Source: Wallemia ichthyophaga EXF-994
Taxonomy: Eukaryota; Fungi; Basidiomycota
Assembly (NCBI RefSeq): GCF_000400465.1
Contig: NW_008806285.1
Span: forward strand, 206,001-268,000
DNA: 62,000 nucleotides
Direction of reading: 5' to 3'
Shown in pieces: positions 61,498 through 62,000 of the stretch (the first letter of the stretch is position 1; every line of letters begins with the position of its first letter). The notes beneath the pieces are model-generated. The model saw nothing but the letters and a program-made list of their open reading frames with translations. It ran no database searches and was not told the origin of the DNA. A program made the translations under genes and the position numbers.

Positions 61498-62000
61498 ATG
61501 TTGAGCGAGAGTAGTGTAGCTTATAATAATAAGGTGTGTTTAATTCGTGCTTTCTGCCCAGCTAACGACGCAGCACTCGTTCGTCACTGGTGGCTCGCAA
61601 GGTCTAGGGATAGCGCTAGCCAGTGAGCTAGTGAATCGCGGGAGCAGTGTAACGATTTGTGCGCGCAACGAGTCCAAGCTTGCTGCCGCCGTTGCACAAA
61701 TCGAGGTGGGCAATGAGTGATGATATCGCGGGTGATATGCTCAACGCACAGCGCAGAAACACAGAAGCAATGACAATCAATTCATACACTACGTTTCTGC
61801 CGATCTGACAAAATATACGCAGGCTCTGCACGCTATAGAAAGAGCCACTGAGTTAGCATTAGCGACACAGAAGATGCCACCATCTCTCTTCTTCGCCTGC
61901 GCAGGATGCTCGACACCCGGCTGGTTTGCAGAGATGTCCATTGAGGAATTCGAGTGGGACATGCAGGCCAACTACTTCTCCGCATTGCATACTGCCAAGG
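61498..62000 (+). CDS. TSC10: 3-ketodihydrosphingosine reductase (SDR family), 5' part only
   Basis: Spliced HSFVTGGSQGLGIALASELVNRGSSVTICARNESKL, YVSADL, FACAG.STPGWF, EWDMQANYFSAL. Confidence 0.8.

Noticed and set aside
226-61971. Numerous 60-140 aa ORFs antisense to or overlapping established genes (e.g. 498-917, 24585-25073, 35925-36359, 51540-52276, 60589-61101)
   Set aside because: Shadow ORFs produced by the codon bias of the real genes; no independent motifs

Overview
Gene-dense fungal genomic DNA with short (mostly ~45-55 nt) GT-AG introns and very short intergenic spaces. It is basidiomycete-like and the compactness suggests Wallemia (inference, not verified). About 29 protein genes can be supported, mostly housekeeping: PRP24/SART3, TrpRS, a patatin lipase, NHP2, GET4, VAC14, RED-like, Cu-ATPase CCC2, NDUFAF5-like, alpha-tubulin, formin, eRF1, kinesin-1, a micro-exon SERF gene missed by the ORF track, a single-pass membrane protein, a claudin/SUR7-like protein, TPT1, mito-L12, a class III aminotransferase, BCK1-like MAPKKK, SEN2, PTH2, RPL43, RPP0, TIP41, CSN4, a PIN-domain protein, TOM6, EF-1beta and TSC10. 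There are also two intronic box C/D snoRNAs. The outstanding feature is a gene-free 6.0-kb block (10318-16317) between the convergent GET4 and VAC14 genes. It consists of two ~1885-bp inverted repeats (one mismatch found) around a 2230-bp AT-rich unique core, at the bottom of a window-wide GC trough. This IR-core-IR architecture matches regional centromeres of S. pombe, C. tropicalis and K. phaffii and is the best candidate for an undescribed system here (candidate centromere and/or invertible switch). The arms carry a 13-12-13 palindrome, intron-like signals and a GC-rich foldable island, and a fossil 24-bp octapeptide array crosses the left inner junction. All identities were checked by eye; no alignment or database search was run.
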